Of a stretch of 38,960 bases of DNA, positions 8,288 to 18,118 are shown piece by piece. A program made the translations under genes and the position numbers. The stretch lies in the IMG/VR virus record IMGVR_UViG_2061766007_000212. One strand, given 5' to 3'. The DNA is from an uncultured virus (IMG/VR IMGVR_UViG_2061766007_000212) (lineage: Duplodnaviria > Heunggongvirae > Uroviricota > Caudoviricetes). The stretch's first letter is position 1, and the number at the start of each line of letters is the position of its first letter. The notes beneath the pieces were generated by a model. That model saw only the letters and a list, made by a program, of their open reading frames with translations. It was not told the DNA's origin and searched no databases.

Positions 8288-8808
8288 ACTGGGCTTTGCC
8301 ACTGGCGTTTCATCCTTTCCGTTTCGTCCGGGTAGGTCGGGATGCCTAACCCTTCAGCTTCCTGCACCAGGGAATCAATTAACCGGCTCATTTGCTGGCT
8401 ATCGTATACGGATGAGCCGTAATACAGGATCACATTCGTGCAGCCGTCTATCCGGCTTTTGAGCGTGTCTGTCTGCCATCCGATACCGTTTTTCTCCCAG
8501 CCTTCCCGGAGCCGGTCAACGGCCTTGTCCTGAACGCATACCGTTGTTGAAACCCCGCCGATTTCCTTGATTGCGTGGCGGTAAACCTCGGACCTGCTGA
8601 TTCCGTTCTTTTCGGCGATCTTGTCGATGATTAGCCAGCAATAAGCGTTCGCATCCTTTGACCTCGCTTTGCTGGCCTTCTTGATCTCAACCTTGACCGC
8701 TTCGCCTTTCAGATCATCAAATATCTGCCCGGGGTTATCCCGGGTGGTGAAGGACACAAGCCATTCACCACCGGATAACGGGAGAGATTCCTTCAGCTTT
8801 CCGATCAT
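8288..8808 (-). CDS. NinB/Orf-like protein, allele 2 (3' end at gap)
   Basis: Near-identical to 4691-5260. Confidence 0.7.
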
Positions 8809-9656
8809 GCGGCACCACCTGCCGGCATCAGCTTACGGATAGCGGCGAAAACGTTCTTCGCCTCGTCCATGGTCAGGCTGTTCCACTTCGGCTTCTTCGG
8901 AAGGGTGCCGCTTTCAGCCAGCGTGTTCGCCATGTCAACGACCTGCTTTTTCGCATCATCGAAGGTTTCGATTCCGCAGAGTTCCTGAATATCGGCGATC
9001 TCGTTACGGATATAATTCATCACTGGGGAAAGGGTCTGCGCTTTTCCAGGCAGCTTGTCCGATGTGCTGACACTTCCGGGTGCATCCTGATTGATTGGTT
9101 TCACTTCCGGCGGTTCGTCATCCGGTTGTTCCGGCTTTTCCGGGGCTTCCTCGCTGATTTCGCCCCACTTAAAGCAGATTTTCCCGGTCGCCTGGTTTTT
9201 GATTTCAACGCCTGTGATCACGCCGTCCGTGTAGCCGATTCCCTTCACTGTGAACCGGTCATAGCAGGCAAGCCGTCCCCGGTTTTCCTTGATATTGCAG
9301 TCCGAAGCCTTGATCCAGATAAACGGGGCAGTGTACAATTCCCGTCCGATTCCCCAGTTGAAGCAGGCACGTTTGAAGCTGTCGGAAGCAAGGCCCTTTT
9401 CCTTCTCGGTGTTGCTTTCGGTTCCGGTGTCTTCCTTGCTGATCCACTGCTTGAGCTCTTCCGACCAGATGGAAACGATGCAGTTCCGGTTATCCCGGGT
9501 GTGTTCACGCTTCCAGAACATCGGGCCAACGGTTTCATCGAGGATATTCTGATCGCACCGGGCATCCTTGTAGAGCAGAAGGGAAAGCCCGTTTTCCTTG
9601 ATCTGTGCAATGCGGCAGTCGATTTCGTCTGCTCGCAGGGTTCTGAACATATTCAT
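8805..9656 (-). CDS. Rad52/Sak-like annealase, allele 2
   Basis: Same motifs as 5257-6108. Confidence 0.85.
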   Translation of the reverse strand: MNMFRTLRADEIDCRIAQIKENGLSLLLYKDARCDQNILDETVGPMFWKREHTRDNRNCIVSIWSEELKQWISKEDTGTESNTEKEKGLASDSFKRACFNWGIGRELYTAPFIWIKASDCNIKENRGRLACYDRFTVKGIGYTDGVITGVEIKNQATGKICFKWGEISEEAPEKPEQPDDEPPEVKPINQDAPGSVSTSDKLPGKAQTLSPVMNYIRNEIADIQELCGIETFDDAKKQVVDMANTLAESGTLPKKPKWNSLTMDEAKNVFAAIRKLMPAGGAA

Positions 9657-9709
9657 TGAAAATTCTCCTTTCACTTGCGGCCCGGAGAATCATGTGATAC
9701 AATATCTCC

Positions 9710-9766
9710 GGGTGGTTTGTTGTCAGTCCTTCAAGTTGCCCTCCCGGCTGAATAGCCGGGGTTTTT
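9710..9766 (+). ncRNA. Putative sRNA-1, allele 2
   Basis: Stem GGGTGGTTTG/CAAGTTGCCC, loop TTGTCAGTCCTT; terminator CCCGGCT-GAAT-AGCCGGG-GTTTTT; same promoter. Confidence 0.7.
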
Positions 9767-10182
9767 ATTTTCCTGCGTAATACCATTCGATATGCTGGTT
9801 CGCCATCGGGCAAACAACGTCAGGCGGGATCCTGTCATCGTAAACAAGGTTCAGCACCGCCAATACCATCACCGCCAGGATTGCCAGCCACATAATCACC
9901 TTCTGCATTTCTTTACCCCCTTTCAACGTTTTCAGCCAGCCGGCGCAGGTCGCATCCGAGGTCTTCCACCTTATAGATCATGTCCCGGATCTGCTTATTC
10001 AGGTCCTTTGCGGTGTCGTAATCTTCCTCGAACTTCAGCAGCGCATCNNNNNNNNNNNNNNNNNNNNNNNNNNNNNNNNNNNNNNNNNNNNNNNNNNNNN
10101 NNNNNNNNNNNNNNNNNNNNNNNGTCTTCATACGGCGGCATCCCGTACATTTCGGCTTCCCGGATATAGGGAGCATCAGCAA

Positions 10183-10464
10183 TCATGCAGACACCTCTTC
10201 TCCGGCCTTCACGGGGATAAAGTCAAAAGAACCGTCTGCGTTGTAGTACACCCCATCAACCCTCATGCTTCCATCGCCGAAAACATGGCAAGACAGGATT
10301 TCCGCATCATCTTTTCCGTCTTCCTCATGAACCGCCCTGAAATCAAGGCACCCGTCGATGGTATAAAAATTAATGTGGTTGATATTCTGATCAAACAGTT
10401 TCACAAATGCTTCGATCCCCTTCATCATATTGATCAGGGTCATTTCCATTTCCTTACGTGTCAT
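10183..10464 (-). CDS. Hypothetical protein occupying the slot of 6655-6867
   Basis: GGGACTGACAATG start, after the xis-like allele. Confidence 0.7.
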   Translation of the reverse strand: MTRKEMEMTLINMMKGIEAFVKLFDQNINHINFYTIDGCLDFRAVHEEDGKDDAEILSCHVFGDGSMRVDGVYYNADGSFDFIPVKAGEEVSA

Positions 10465-11555
10465 TGTCAGTCCCTCTTTCTCGGAACGATCACCCGTTCC
10501 GTGGTTTTTCTGTGCAGGTTAACCCTGCGTTCTGCCGGGTTATGTTCCCGGCTCTGTTCCCATTCCTTCAACGCCCAGGCCGGAGCCGTCAGCGGGTTTT
10601 CATAATGGAACATCTGCCNNNNNNNNNNTAGTGCTTCTTCATGAAATAATAGTATTCGCCAAGCTGACCGAGGTCTTTATCAATGGCGTAACACTTCGCA
10701 ATATGCTTGATTGCGGCCTGCGGTGTTTCAAACGTCTGATTAACGCAATCATCCCTGCCGCTGGCNNNNNNNNNNNNNNNNNNNNNNNNNNNNNNNNNNN
10801 NNNNNNNNNNNNNNNNNNNNNNNNNNNNNNNNNNNNNNNNNNNNNNNNNNNNNNNNNNNNNNNNNNNNNNNNNNNNNNNNNNNNNNNNNNNNNNNNNNNN
10901 NNNNNNNNNNNNNNNNNNNNNNNNNNNNNNNNNNNNNNNNNNNNNNNNNNNNNNNNNNNNNNNNNNNNNNNNNNNNNNNNNNNNNNNNNNNNNNNNNNNN
11001 NNNNNNNNNNNNNNNNNNNNNNNNNNNNNNNNNNNNNNNNNNNNNNNNNNNNNNNNNNNNNNNNNNNNNNNNNNNNNNNNNNNNNNNNNNNNNNNNNNNN
11101 NNNNNNNNNNNNNNNNNNNNNNNNNNNNNNNNNNNNNNNNNNNNNNNNNNNNNNNNNNNNNNNNNNNNNNNNNNNNNNNNNNNNNNNNNNNNNNNNNNNN
11201 NNNNNNNNNNNNNNNNNNNNNNNNNNNNNNNNNNNNNNNNNNNNNNNNNNNNNNNNNNNNNNNNNNNNNNNNNNNNNNNNNNNNNNNNNNNNNNNNNNNN
11301 NNNNNNNNNNNNNNNNNNNNNNNNNNNNNNNNNNNNNNNNNNNNNNNNNNNNNNNNNNNNNNNNNNNNNNNNNNNNNNNNNNNNNNNNNNNNNNNNNNNN
11401 NNNNNNNNNNNNNNNNNNNNNNNNNNNNNNNNNNNNNNNNNNNNNNNNNNNNNNNNNNNNNNNNNNNNNNNNNNNNNNNNNNNNNNNNNNNNNNNNNNNN
11501 NNNNNNNNNNNNNNNNNNNNNNNNNNNNNNNNNNNNNNNNNNNNNNNNNNNNNNN

Positions 11556-11903
11556 TTCACGCATTTTGTTATAGTATGTATTGATATTAAATATCTTTTC
11601 TTTCGCTGATTTATCCATATGCAGGTAATCTCTTTCTGAAATCATGATTCGATACTGCCTTTTAAGTTTCGTTAGCTGATATCTAATACCATACTCATTC
11701 AGCACCGACGCAACCTTTGTCATTTCAAAAATGCGTTTTTCATCATCCATTAAGAAATACTGCCCATAGTTCATACCGCCATTAAGTCCGTTCCAATAGC
11801 CCGGCCTGTAGCGGCTTTCCTGACAGATGTATTTTTCACCATCGCACAGCACTTCAACCTTAACATTCTTCGCATTATCAGGTAATTCAACAGTAAATAG
11901 CAT
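11556..11903 (-). CDS. Hypothetical protein (3' end in gap)
   Basis: Open frame of ~115 codons; GGAGG SD. Confidence 0.6.
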
Positions 11904-12185
11904 TCATTTCACCTCCGCAAACTCAAATACAGGCGTTCCGTCAACGTGAACCGTGCAGATATCGAACAGGCCGTAAGCGGCCCAGTCGCAACCTTTTCCC
12001 TTTACATAACGCCCGATGCACTCACAGTAAATGCTATTACTGTCGGCTCCTGCATCCTTGAACTCCTGACCGGAAGCAATATTGCCGCATTTCGGGCACT
12101 TAAACTTCCAGTCCTCAATGAATTTACCGAATAACCTTTCTCCTTCGGTACGCCACTCTCTCAACGTATACTTCTTATCTTCCAT
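11904..12185 (-). CDS. VVA0879-like zinc-binding protein
   Basis: EW..EGERLFG...WKFKCPKCG...CIGRY..GCDWAAYGLF; partial allele 13634-13789. Confidence 0.75.
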   Translation of the reverse strand: MEDKKYTLREWRTEGERLFGKFIEDWKFKCPKCGNIASGQEFKDAGADSNSIYCECIGRYVKGKGCDWAAYGLFDICTVHVDGTPVFEFAEVK

Positions 12186-12731
12186 GTCAGTCCTTCCTTT
12201 CTGCCGGGTTACAATGCCACCCGGCGGGGCGTGTCGTTTATCCGTAAATATCCTTCAGCAATTTGNNNNNNNNNNACCCTTCATACCCGTATACAAAGAT
12301 GCTGTTTTTCTTCTTCGTATCCCGGATCACGCAGTTCCCGTTTTCGTACTTCTCATAGATGAAAGCCTGACCGTTCAGCAGGAANNNNNNNNNNGAAAGA
12401 AAGTATAATCTCCGTGGAAAGGACAGTCTGGTTCACCGTCAAACTCGTTATTGCAAGCTGAGCAAAGGTGTGGTTCTCTGTCTTCCATCGGGTTTGTATC
12501 CTTCCATAACCTTCCTTCTGGGTCTTCATATACTGGGCGATCCCATGAATCAATACCTTTGAAAGTAAGTATCATATTTCTNNNNNNNNNNCTCACCGTC
12601 AAAATCGTTATTGCAAGCAGAGCAAAGGTTTGGTTCTGTATCTTCCATCGGGTTTGTATCCTTCCATAATCGTCCTTCTGGGTCTTCATACACTGGGCGA
12701 TCCCATGAATCAATACCTTTGAAAGTAAGTA

Positions 12732-12950
12732 TCATATTTCTTCCTCCTTCATCAATTCATACCCGAACTGCCTGACCGTCCGTTTCAGTCCTTCGTAGCC
12801 GTATACGTAAATCTGGTTTTTCTTCTTCGTGTCCCGGATCACGCAGTTGCCGTTTTCGTACTTCTCATAGACGAAAGCCTGACCGTTCAGCAGGAAGCCG
12901 TTTCCGGGGAAAAGCTGGGTCAGCTTGCCGTTATTCATGGTTATCTGCAT
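12732..12950 (-). CDS. Small hypothetical protein
   Basis: MQITMNNGKLTQLFPGNGF; allele fragment at 12276-12384. Confidence 0.6.
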   Translation of the reverse strand: MQITMNNGKLTQLFPGNGFLLNGQAFVYEKYENGNCVIRDTKKKNQIYVYGYEGLKRTVRQFGYELMKEEEI

Positions 12951-13405
12951 CGGGATCCTCCTTGAACGGGTCATCGTACTTGTAAGCGTTCATCACATCC
13001 CAGTTATGACCAACAGGTGCCGAAAGCGAATACCGCCCGGATAATTTGTATTCGCAGTAATCCTCAATGGCGGTGACCACATCCTTGAAGGTCAGGCACC
13101 AATCGTCAGGTTCGCCAACGTGGTAATTTCCCCCGTCAGCCATCTTTGCGAAAACCCTACGGCCTTGAATCATCGCCGGGAGTTTCCGGATAAGGNNNNN
13201 NNNNNTCTGCCGCAAGCTGATTGCTTACAAGGTCGGTAACGTTCTTTTCGATTGCTTCATTGTCAATTTCAATAGTGATTTTCATTGTCAGTCCTCCTTA
13301 AACGGGTCATNNNNNNNNNNATGGAAATTGCCGCCATCTGCCATTCTTGCGAAAACCCTACGGCCTTGAATCATCGCCGGGAGTTTCCGGATAAGGTCTG
13401 CATGG

Positions 13406-13633
13406 TCAATCTTCATCTTGATCCTCCTCAAACACGAACGGGTCTTCATACGGGCAGGTTCCACGGGATTTCATGATATGCTCCTGCACCGCAACGAAAC
13501 TGCGGTATTCATAGATGAAATGCCCGTCCTCTCCACCGTACAACCGCCAGTAATTGCCGACACGCTGGAAACAGAACTTGCGGTCATGCGTGTAAAAGAC
13601 TTCGGAGATGCCGCCCAATTCCTGCCAGGTCAT
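13406..13633 (-). CDS. Small hypothetical protein
   Basis: GGAGG SD; abuts the VVA0879-like allele. Confidence 0.6.
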   Translation of the reverse strand: MTWQELGGISEVFYTHDRKFCFQRVGNYWRLYGGEDGHFIYEYRSFVAVQEHIMKSRGTCPYEDPFVFEEDQDED

Positions 13634-13927
13634 TCATTCCACCTCCGCAAACTCAAATACGGGCGTTCCGTCAACGTGAACAGTGCAGATATCAAACAGG
13701 CCATAAGCGGCCCAATCACAGCCTTTTCCTTTTACGTACCGCCCGATGCACTCACAGTAAATGCTATTACTGTCGGCTCCTGCATCCTTNNNNNNNNNNN
13801 NNNNNNNNNNNNNNNNNNNNNNNNNNNNNNNNNNNNNNNNNNNTCCTGTGATTCTTCGCAAGCAACCAATACTTTCATGTTGCATCCTTTCTGCCGGGTT
13901 ACAACGCCACCCGGCGGGGCGTGTCGT

Positions 13928-14140
13928 TTATCCGTAAATATCCTTCAGCAATTTGCCGCATACTGCGGATTTGACTGCATCGAAATATTTCTGATCACTG
14001 AACAGTTTGTAATATCCGATGAAATTAACGAACGTTTTCTTTTCCTCATCGGTGAAGCAGGATAAGATTGCTTCTCTTTCAATATCACTGCCGTGAAGAT
14101 AACGGCTTGCTACGGCGAATGCCTGTTCTGTCTGCGTCAT
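13928..14140 (-). CDS. Small hypothetical early protein
   Basis: MTQTEQAFAVASRYLHGSDIER; start seen in two alleles. Confidence 0.65.
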   Translation of the reverse strand: MTQTEQAFAVASRYLHGSDIEREAILSCFTDEEKKTFVNFIGYYKLFSDQKYFDAVKSAVCGKLLKDIYG

Positions 14141-14253
14141 GCAGCCTTCCTCCTTTCCTTCCATTCCTTCAGCTTCCGTTCGTTCTCCCGCTCNNNNNNN
14201 NNNGCTGCCGTGGAGATAACGGCTCGCAACGGCGAATGCCTGTTCTGTCTGCG

Positions 14254-14349
14254 TCATGCCGCCTTCCTCCTTTCCTTCCATTCCTTCAGCTTCCGTTCGT
14301 TCTCCCGCTCAATCTGGCGGTGAATCTTCAGCCGTTCCTTCATGCTCAT
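14254..14349 (-). CDS. First gene of the early operon; 31-aa basic peptide
   Basis: MSMKERLKIHRQIERENERKLKEWKERRKAA; AAGGAAGGACTGACAAATG start; ATGA coupling. Confidence 0.6.
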   Translation of the reverse strand: MSMKERLKIHRQIERENERKLKEWKERRKAA

Positions 14350-14554
14350 TTGTCAGTCCTTCCTTTCGATGTTTATAAGTGGGGAAGGCTTCTCAGTGAT
14401 GTTATCCGGATCACTTACCCCGGTAATTGTTCGCCGGGTTCGCTTTGAAGTCGTAACCTGTCCGGTTTACCCCTCGCTGGCGTTGCTTACGCTGTCTGGG
14501 CTTATCGGGCTGTCCCTCGCCTTCCCCTGTCGGCCAATTTCTTGGCTCAATTCT

Positions 14555-14628
14555 ATTATAATTGGTTTTCCAATAATGTCAATAGTTTTCCAATAAAATA
14601 TTGAAAAAAATATTGGATAAATTATAAT
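14555..14628. promoter_or_regulatory. Divergent lysis/lysogeny promoters with operator repeats
   Basis: Minus strand TTGACA(14582-14577)-16-TATAAT(14560-14555); plus strand TTGAAA(14601)-16-TATAAT(14623); TTTTCCAATA twice. Confidence 0.8.
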
Positions 14629-14651
14629 TATCACAAAAGGAGGTCAAAAAA

Positions 14652-15078
14652 ATGGATGATATTATCCGCAACCTTCGCAAGCGGCATTACCTCACGCAGG
14701 CCGAGTTTGCAAAAAAAGTCGGCGTTACGCAGGGAACGGTCAGCCAGTGGGAACACGGGATCATCAGCCCGAACTCAAACCAGTTGCGATCCATTTCNNN
14801 NNNNNNNGAAAAAGGTCGGCGTTACGCAGGGAACAGTCAGCCAATGGGAACACGGGATCATCAGCCCGAACTCAAACCAGTTGCGATCCATTTCTGAAGC
14901 CTTCGGTGTTTCGATTGATTCGCTGGTCGGGAAAAGCACACGGGATGAATACGTAAAGTTAAGCGATATCGAATATAGATTGATAACGGCCTTCCGGGAT
15001 GCGGATAGTTCGACACGGGAAAACGCAATGATCATTCTCGAAAACAGCGCACTTAAAAAAGGCGCAATAGCAGGATAA
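14652..15078 (+). CDS. CI-like XRE repressor (HTH duplicated across a gap)
   Basis: IRNLRKRHYLTQAEFAKKVGVTQGTVSQWEHG; divergent from the early operon, upstream of the integrase. Confidence 0.85.
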
Positions 15079-15085
15079 TTGACTT

Positions 15086-16249
15086 ATGCCACGTGAGAAG
15101 AAGCCGACCCTGAAGCGCAGAAAAGACGGGCGGTACAGGTGCGTTTACCATGGTCTGCAATTTTATGGCAACACCCCGGAAGAAGCCTTCGCCGCAAGGG
15201 ATGAATACAAGCTGTCAGCGCAGAAAGGTTTCTCCGGACGATCAACGGTCACGGAGTACGCCCTGCCCTGGCTGAAAAGGAGTTATCCGTCCGTTGCTGA
15301 TTCAACGTACACCGGGCTGGCGATCCACCTGCAGCACCTGATAGATTGCATCGGAGATAAACCGCTTTCGGATGTCCTGCCATCAGATATCAAGCAGGTA
15401 TATGCAGATGAATATCGGGGATTATCCAATTCATACATCCGGTCAGCAAAACAATTATTCTGCGCTTTGTTCGATTCTGCACAGGCTGACGGGCTGATCA
15501 GGTCCAACCCGGCAAGGGATAAGACAGCGAAGCCAGGTAAAGGGAAGAAACCAAAGGAAAGGATATTAACCGCAAAACAGCGGGAATATATCGAAACGCT
15601 CTGCACGGATCACCGGATGCACCCGGCGGTGATGGCCATGCTTTACGCCGGGCTTCGTCCGCAGGAGTGTAAGGCCCTGAACATCGACCGGGATATTGAC
15701 TTTGAGAAAGATATAATCACCGTACAAAAAACAGCACACGTAGACGGCACAAAATACGCTGTTACAGGCGATATGAAAACAGGATGGAGCAAAAGGACTA
15801 TTCCATTATTCAAGCCGTTAAAAACCGCTTTGGAAGGCCGGAAAGGGATGCTTATTACATCAGCGGATGGAAAACCCGTCACGATACAGGCATGGAAGTC
15901 TGCATGGGAATCCTACATATATAATATGGAGACAGCCATTAACGGGATATCAAAACGCTGGTACGGGAAAACAAAGAATCAGCGCATAAAAAAAGAAGCC
16001 GGGAATCTCCCGGCATGGATTGACTTTGATATTGTGCCTTACACCCTTCGTCACGCTTTCTGTGCTTTCTGCCGGGATAACGGAGTGGATATAAACACCT
16101 GCCGCCGCTGGATGGGTCATTCCGATGCTAAAATGATCCTGAAGGTATACGACAGCGTATCGGATGACCGGGAACAATCGGAGCGTGAAAAGGTCGAAAA
16201 AAACTGGAATCAGGTTCAGAACGAGGTTCAGCCGGAAAATGATACATAG
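15086..16249 (+). CDS. int: Tyrosine integrase
   Basis: AGLRPQE, YTLRH, WMGH, VY catalytic motifs; N-terminal arm-binding RRKDGRY. Confidence 0.95.
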   Translation: MPREKKPTLKRRKDGRYRCVYHGLQFYGNTPEEAFAARDEYKLSAQKGFSGRSTVTEYALPWLKRSYPSVADSTYTGLAIHLQHLIDCIGDKPLSDVLPSDIKQVYADEYRGLSNSYIRSAKQLFCALFDSAQADGLIRSNPARDKTAKPGKGKKPKERILTAKQREYIETLCTDHRMHPAVMAMLYAGLRPQECKALNIDRDIDFEKDIITVQKTAHVDGTKYAVTGDMKTGWSKRTIPLFKPLKTALEGRKGMLITSADGKPVTIQAWKSAWESYIYNMETAINGISKRWYGKTKNQRIKKEAGNLPAWIDFDIVPYTLRHAFCAFCRDNGVDINTCRRWMGHSDAKMILKVYDSVSDDREQSEREKVEKNWNQVQNEVQPENDT

Positions 16250-16461
16250 TACCAACGTTGATATATAAGCATTTGTACATTGTACCGCTTTTCGCCTGTT
16301 AACCGAAGGGTTGTAGGTTCGAGCCCTACCTGGGGAGCGCAAAAAAGCCCGGAGTTTCAACACTCCGGGCTTATCGTTTGTTACCACTTGCAGGTAAAAA
16401 GATGAAATAAAGAACCCTTTTGAGGTTCAAACGAGGTTCAGAGAATAGTCCCCCTTGAACC
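16212..16461. other. attP: tRNA-Asn(GTT) 3'-half core (16291-16338) flanked by arm-type AGGTTCA repeats
   Basis: CTGTTAA anticodon loop, GTAGG-TTCGAGC-CCTAC T-arm, CTGGGGAG acceptor strand, no 5' half; AGGTTCA at 16212, 16224, 16423, 16434. Confidence 0.85.
16341..16375. terminator. Hairpin terminator after the tRNA fragment
   Basis: AAGCCCGGAG-tttcaaca-CTCCGGGCTT. Confidence 0.75.
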
Positions 16462-16503
16462 AGTTGCGGCAGGGGGACACGCCGCCGGGGAGGNNNNNNN
16501 NNN

Positions 16504-16771
16504 CCTGATGCAATCCCTTTTGAGCGATCGCGGATTCGATCTCGGGAAATATGGGATCGATGGCGATTTCGGATCAGCAACGGAAGCAGCCCTTCGATCC
16601 TTCCAGCGATCCGCCGGCCTGACGGTTGACGGAGTATGCGGCCCGAAAACATGGGCTGCTCTGCTGGATACGGCGAAGCCTTCCCTTTATACCGTGACGA
16701 TCCAGGGCCTTCCGGCTTCGGTCGCGGATGACATAATCAAAAAATACGGCGGAAGCAAAGTGGAGGAATGA
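16504..16771 (+). CDS. Endolysin A C-terminal peptidoglycan-binding domain (inverted contig)
   Basis: GIDGDFGSATEAALRSFQRSAGLTVDGVCGPKTW. Confidence 0.85.
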
Positions 16772-17049
16772 TCGGAATGGAAATAAGTACTTATATCGCG
16801 CTGGGTGCGCTTCTGGTATCCCTGATCGGGCTTGCTCTTAATATGAAAAAGGATTCGAAGGCTGACGCGGCCACGAACGCGATCACGCAGACGAAACTCG
16901 ATAATCTGATCGGCGGGGTCAATGATATCAGGATCGAAGTCCGAACAATGCGCGAATCAATCAACGATCATTCTGAAAGGCTGGCGCGGATCGAAGCCCG
17001 GGCGGAAAGCAATACCCGCCGGATCGATCTATTGGAGAAAGGAGAATGA
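16768..17049 (+). CDS. Lysis-cassette membrane/coiled-coil protein (XhlA-like)
   Basis: N-terminal TM segment, HSERLARIE coil. Confidence 0.65.
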   Translation: MIGMEISTYIALGALLVSLIGLALNMKKDSKADAATNAITQTKLDNLIGGVNDIRIEVRTMRESINDHSERLARIEARAESNTRRIDLLEKGE

Positions 17050-17052
17050 ACC

Positions 17053-17285
17053 ATGAAGATTAACTGGAAAGTACGCATCAATAACCGGCAATTCTGGAAG
17101 GCGATTATCCCGGCGGTCGCGCTGGCGATTCAGGCGATTCTCGCGATCTTCGGGGTCAACCTGAATCTGGAAACGCTGGTCGGGAAGCTGATCGCGGTGG
17201 TGGATGCGATCTTCGCGGTGCTGGTGATCCTTGGGATCGTTGTCGATCCGACCACGGCCGGGGTCGGGGATTCCGATCGTGCGAT
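17053..17285 (+). CDS. Holin, phiLC3-like (3' end in gap)
   Basis: MKINWKVRINNRQFW...LGIVVDPTTAGVGDSDRA. Confidence 0.85.
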
Positions 17286-17295
17286 NNNNNNNNNN

Positions 17296-17930
17296 ATCCA
17301 GCGCAGGATCGGAAGGCTTCTCCGTGTCTTCCCCGGCCGGATTCGAGGGTATTTCGTAGGAATCAGCGAAGCACGCGGGGATCGCCCATTTCGTCCACTT
17401 CGATTTCATCTTTTCGAAAAATTGCACCCCGGAAGAACATTCGCAAGTCTGGCCATTATAGCCGATCCCGGTATGTGCCATCCGGGAAGGATCGCTCGCG
17501 CTTTCATAGAACAGGCAGACGATCACGCCCTGCGGGATACCATCTTTCACCGATCCTTTCGCGATCCAGTTCGAAGCAGTTGTCCATTGTCCGGTCGCGC
17601 CTTCGCCTATCAGATCGAAACCGAANNNNNNNNNNNNNNNNNNNNNNNNNNNNNAACCCTTTCGCCTTCCGGGAACCATTTACATCCGCTGCATGATCCG
17701 CCGGAAAAGGCCTTGCAGCCGGTCTTGATGGTTGTATGCGTAGGATGCGCTTTATACCGTTTCTTTCTTTCCGCGACCGTACATTCCGCACCCCATGCCC
17801 CGAAGACATAAGGCCAGCCAACGCAGGCCAGCGCAAGCGTCCAGATCGCGTCCGAAAGGGTGATCTGCTTTTCCACCAGTTTCCCGCGAAGATCAGCGAT
17901 CAGCAGATCGACATTTTTCGCATTATCCAT
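17296..17930 (-). CDS. Endolysin A catalytic part, NlpC/P60-like (gapped)
   Basis: VGWPYVFGAWG, MAHTGIG, KWTKWAIP. Confidence 0.7.
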
Positions 17931-18003
17931 CGTCATCACCACCCAGCATGAATCCGAATATTATCGCCCCGATGAAAAGAAGTATCGCGACTATCAAGAT
18001 CAT
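17923..18003 (-). CDS. 26-aa hydrophobic peptide overlapping the endolysin A start
   Basis: MILIVAILLFIGAIIFGFMLGGDDDG; GAGGGG SD. Confidence 0.55.
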   Translation of the reverse strand: MILIVAILLFIGAIIFGFMLGGDDDG

Positions 18004-18051
18004 CCTATCCCCCCTCTTGCCTGCCGGCCGATCTCCTGATATAATGATCCC

Positions 18052-18118
18052 CGGGAAAGGATGCTGGTACCATCCGATCCCGAAGAAAAAACCGCTTTCG
18101 AGGGTGAAGCGGTTTTTT
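18052..18118 (+). ncRNA. Putative sRNA-2, antisense to the lysis leader
   Basis: TTGCCT(18017)-17-TATAAT(18040) with TGn; hairpin CGGGA..GGATG/CATCC..TCCCG; bidirectional terminator 18086-18118. Confidence 0.55.

Noticed and set aside
10589..11584. 300+ aa ORFs
   Set aside because: Almost entirely N gap
1282..14361. CRISPR or integron array built from the repeated motif
   Set aside because: Repeat is only ~10 bp, irregularly spaced and non-palindromic; no cas genes or attC-like sites
1..14950. Real tandem duplications of genes
   Set aside because: Copies begin and end at N gaps and overlap like assembly bubbles; strain alleles explain them better
16291..16338. Functional tRNA-Asn gene
   Set aside because: No D-arm or 5' acceptor strand; it is the att core
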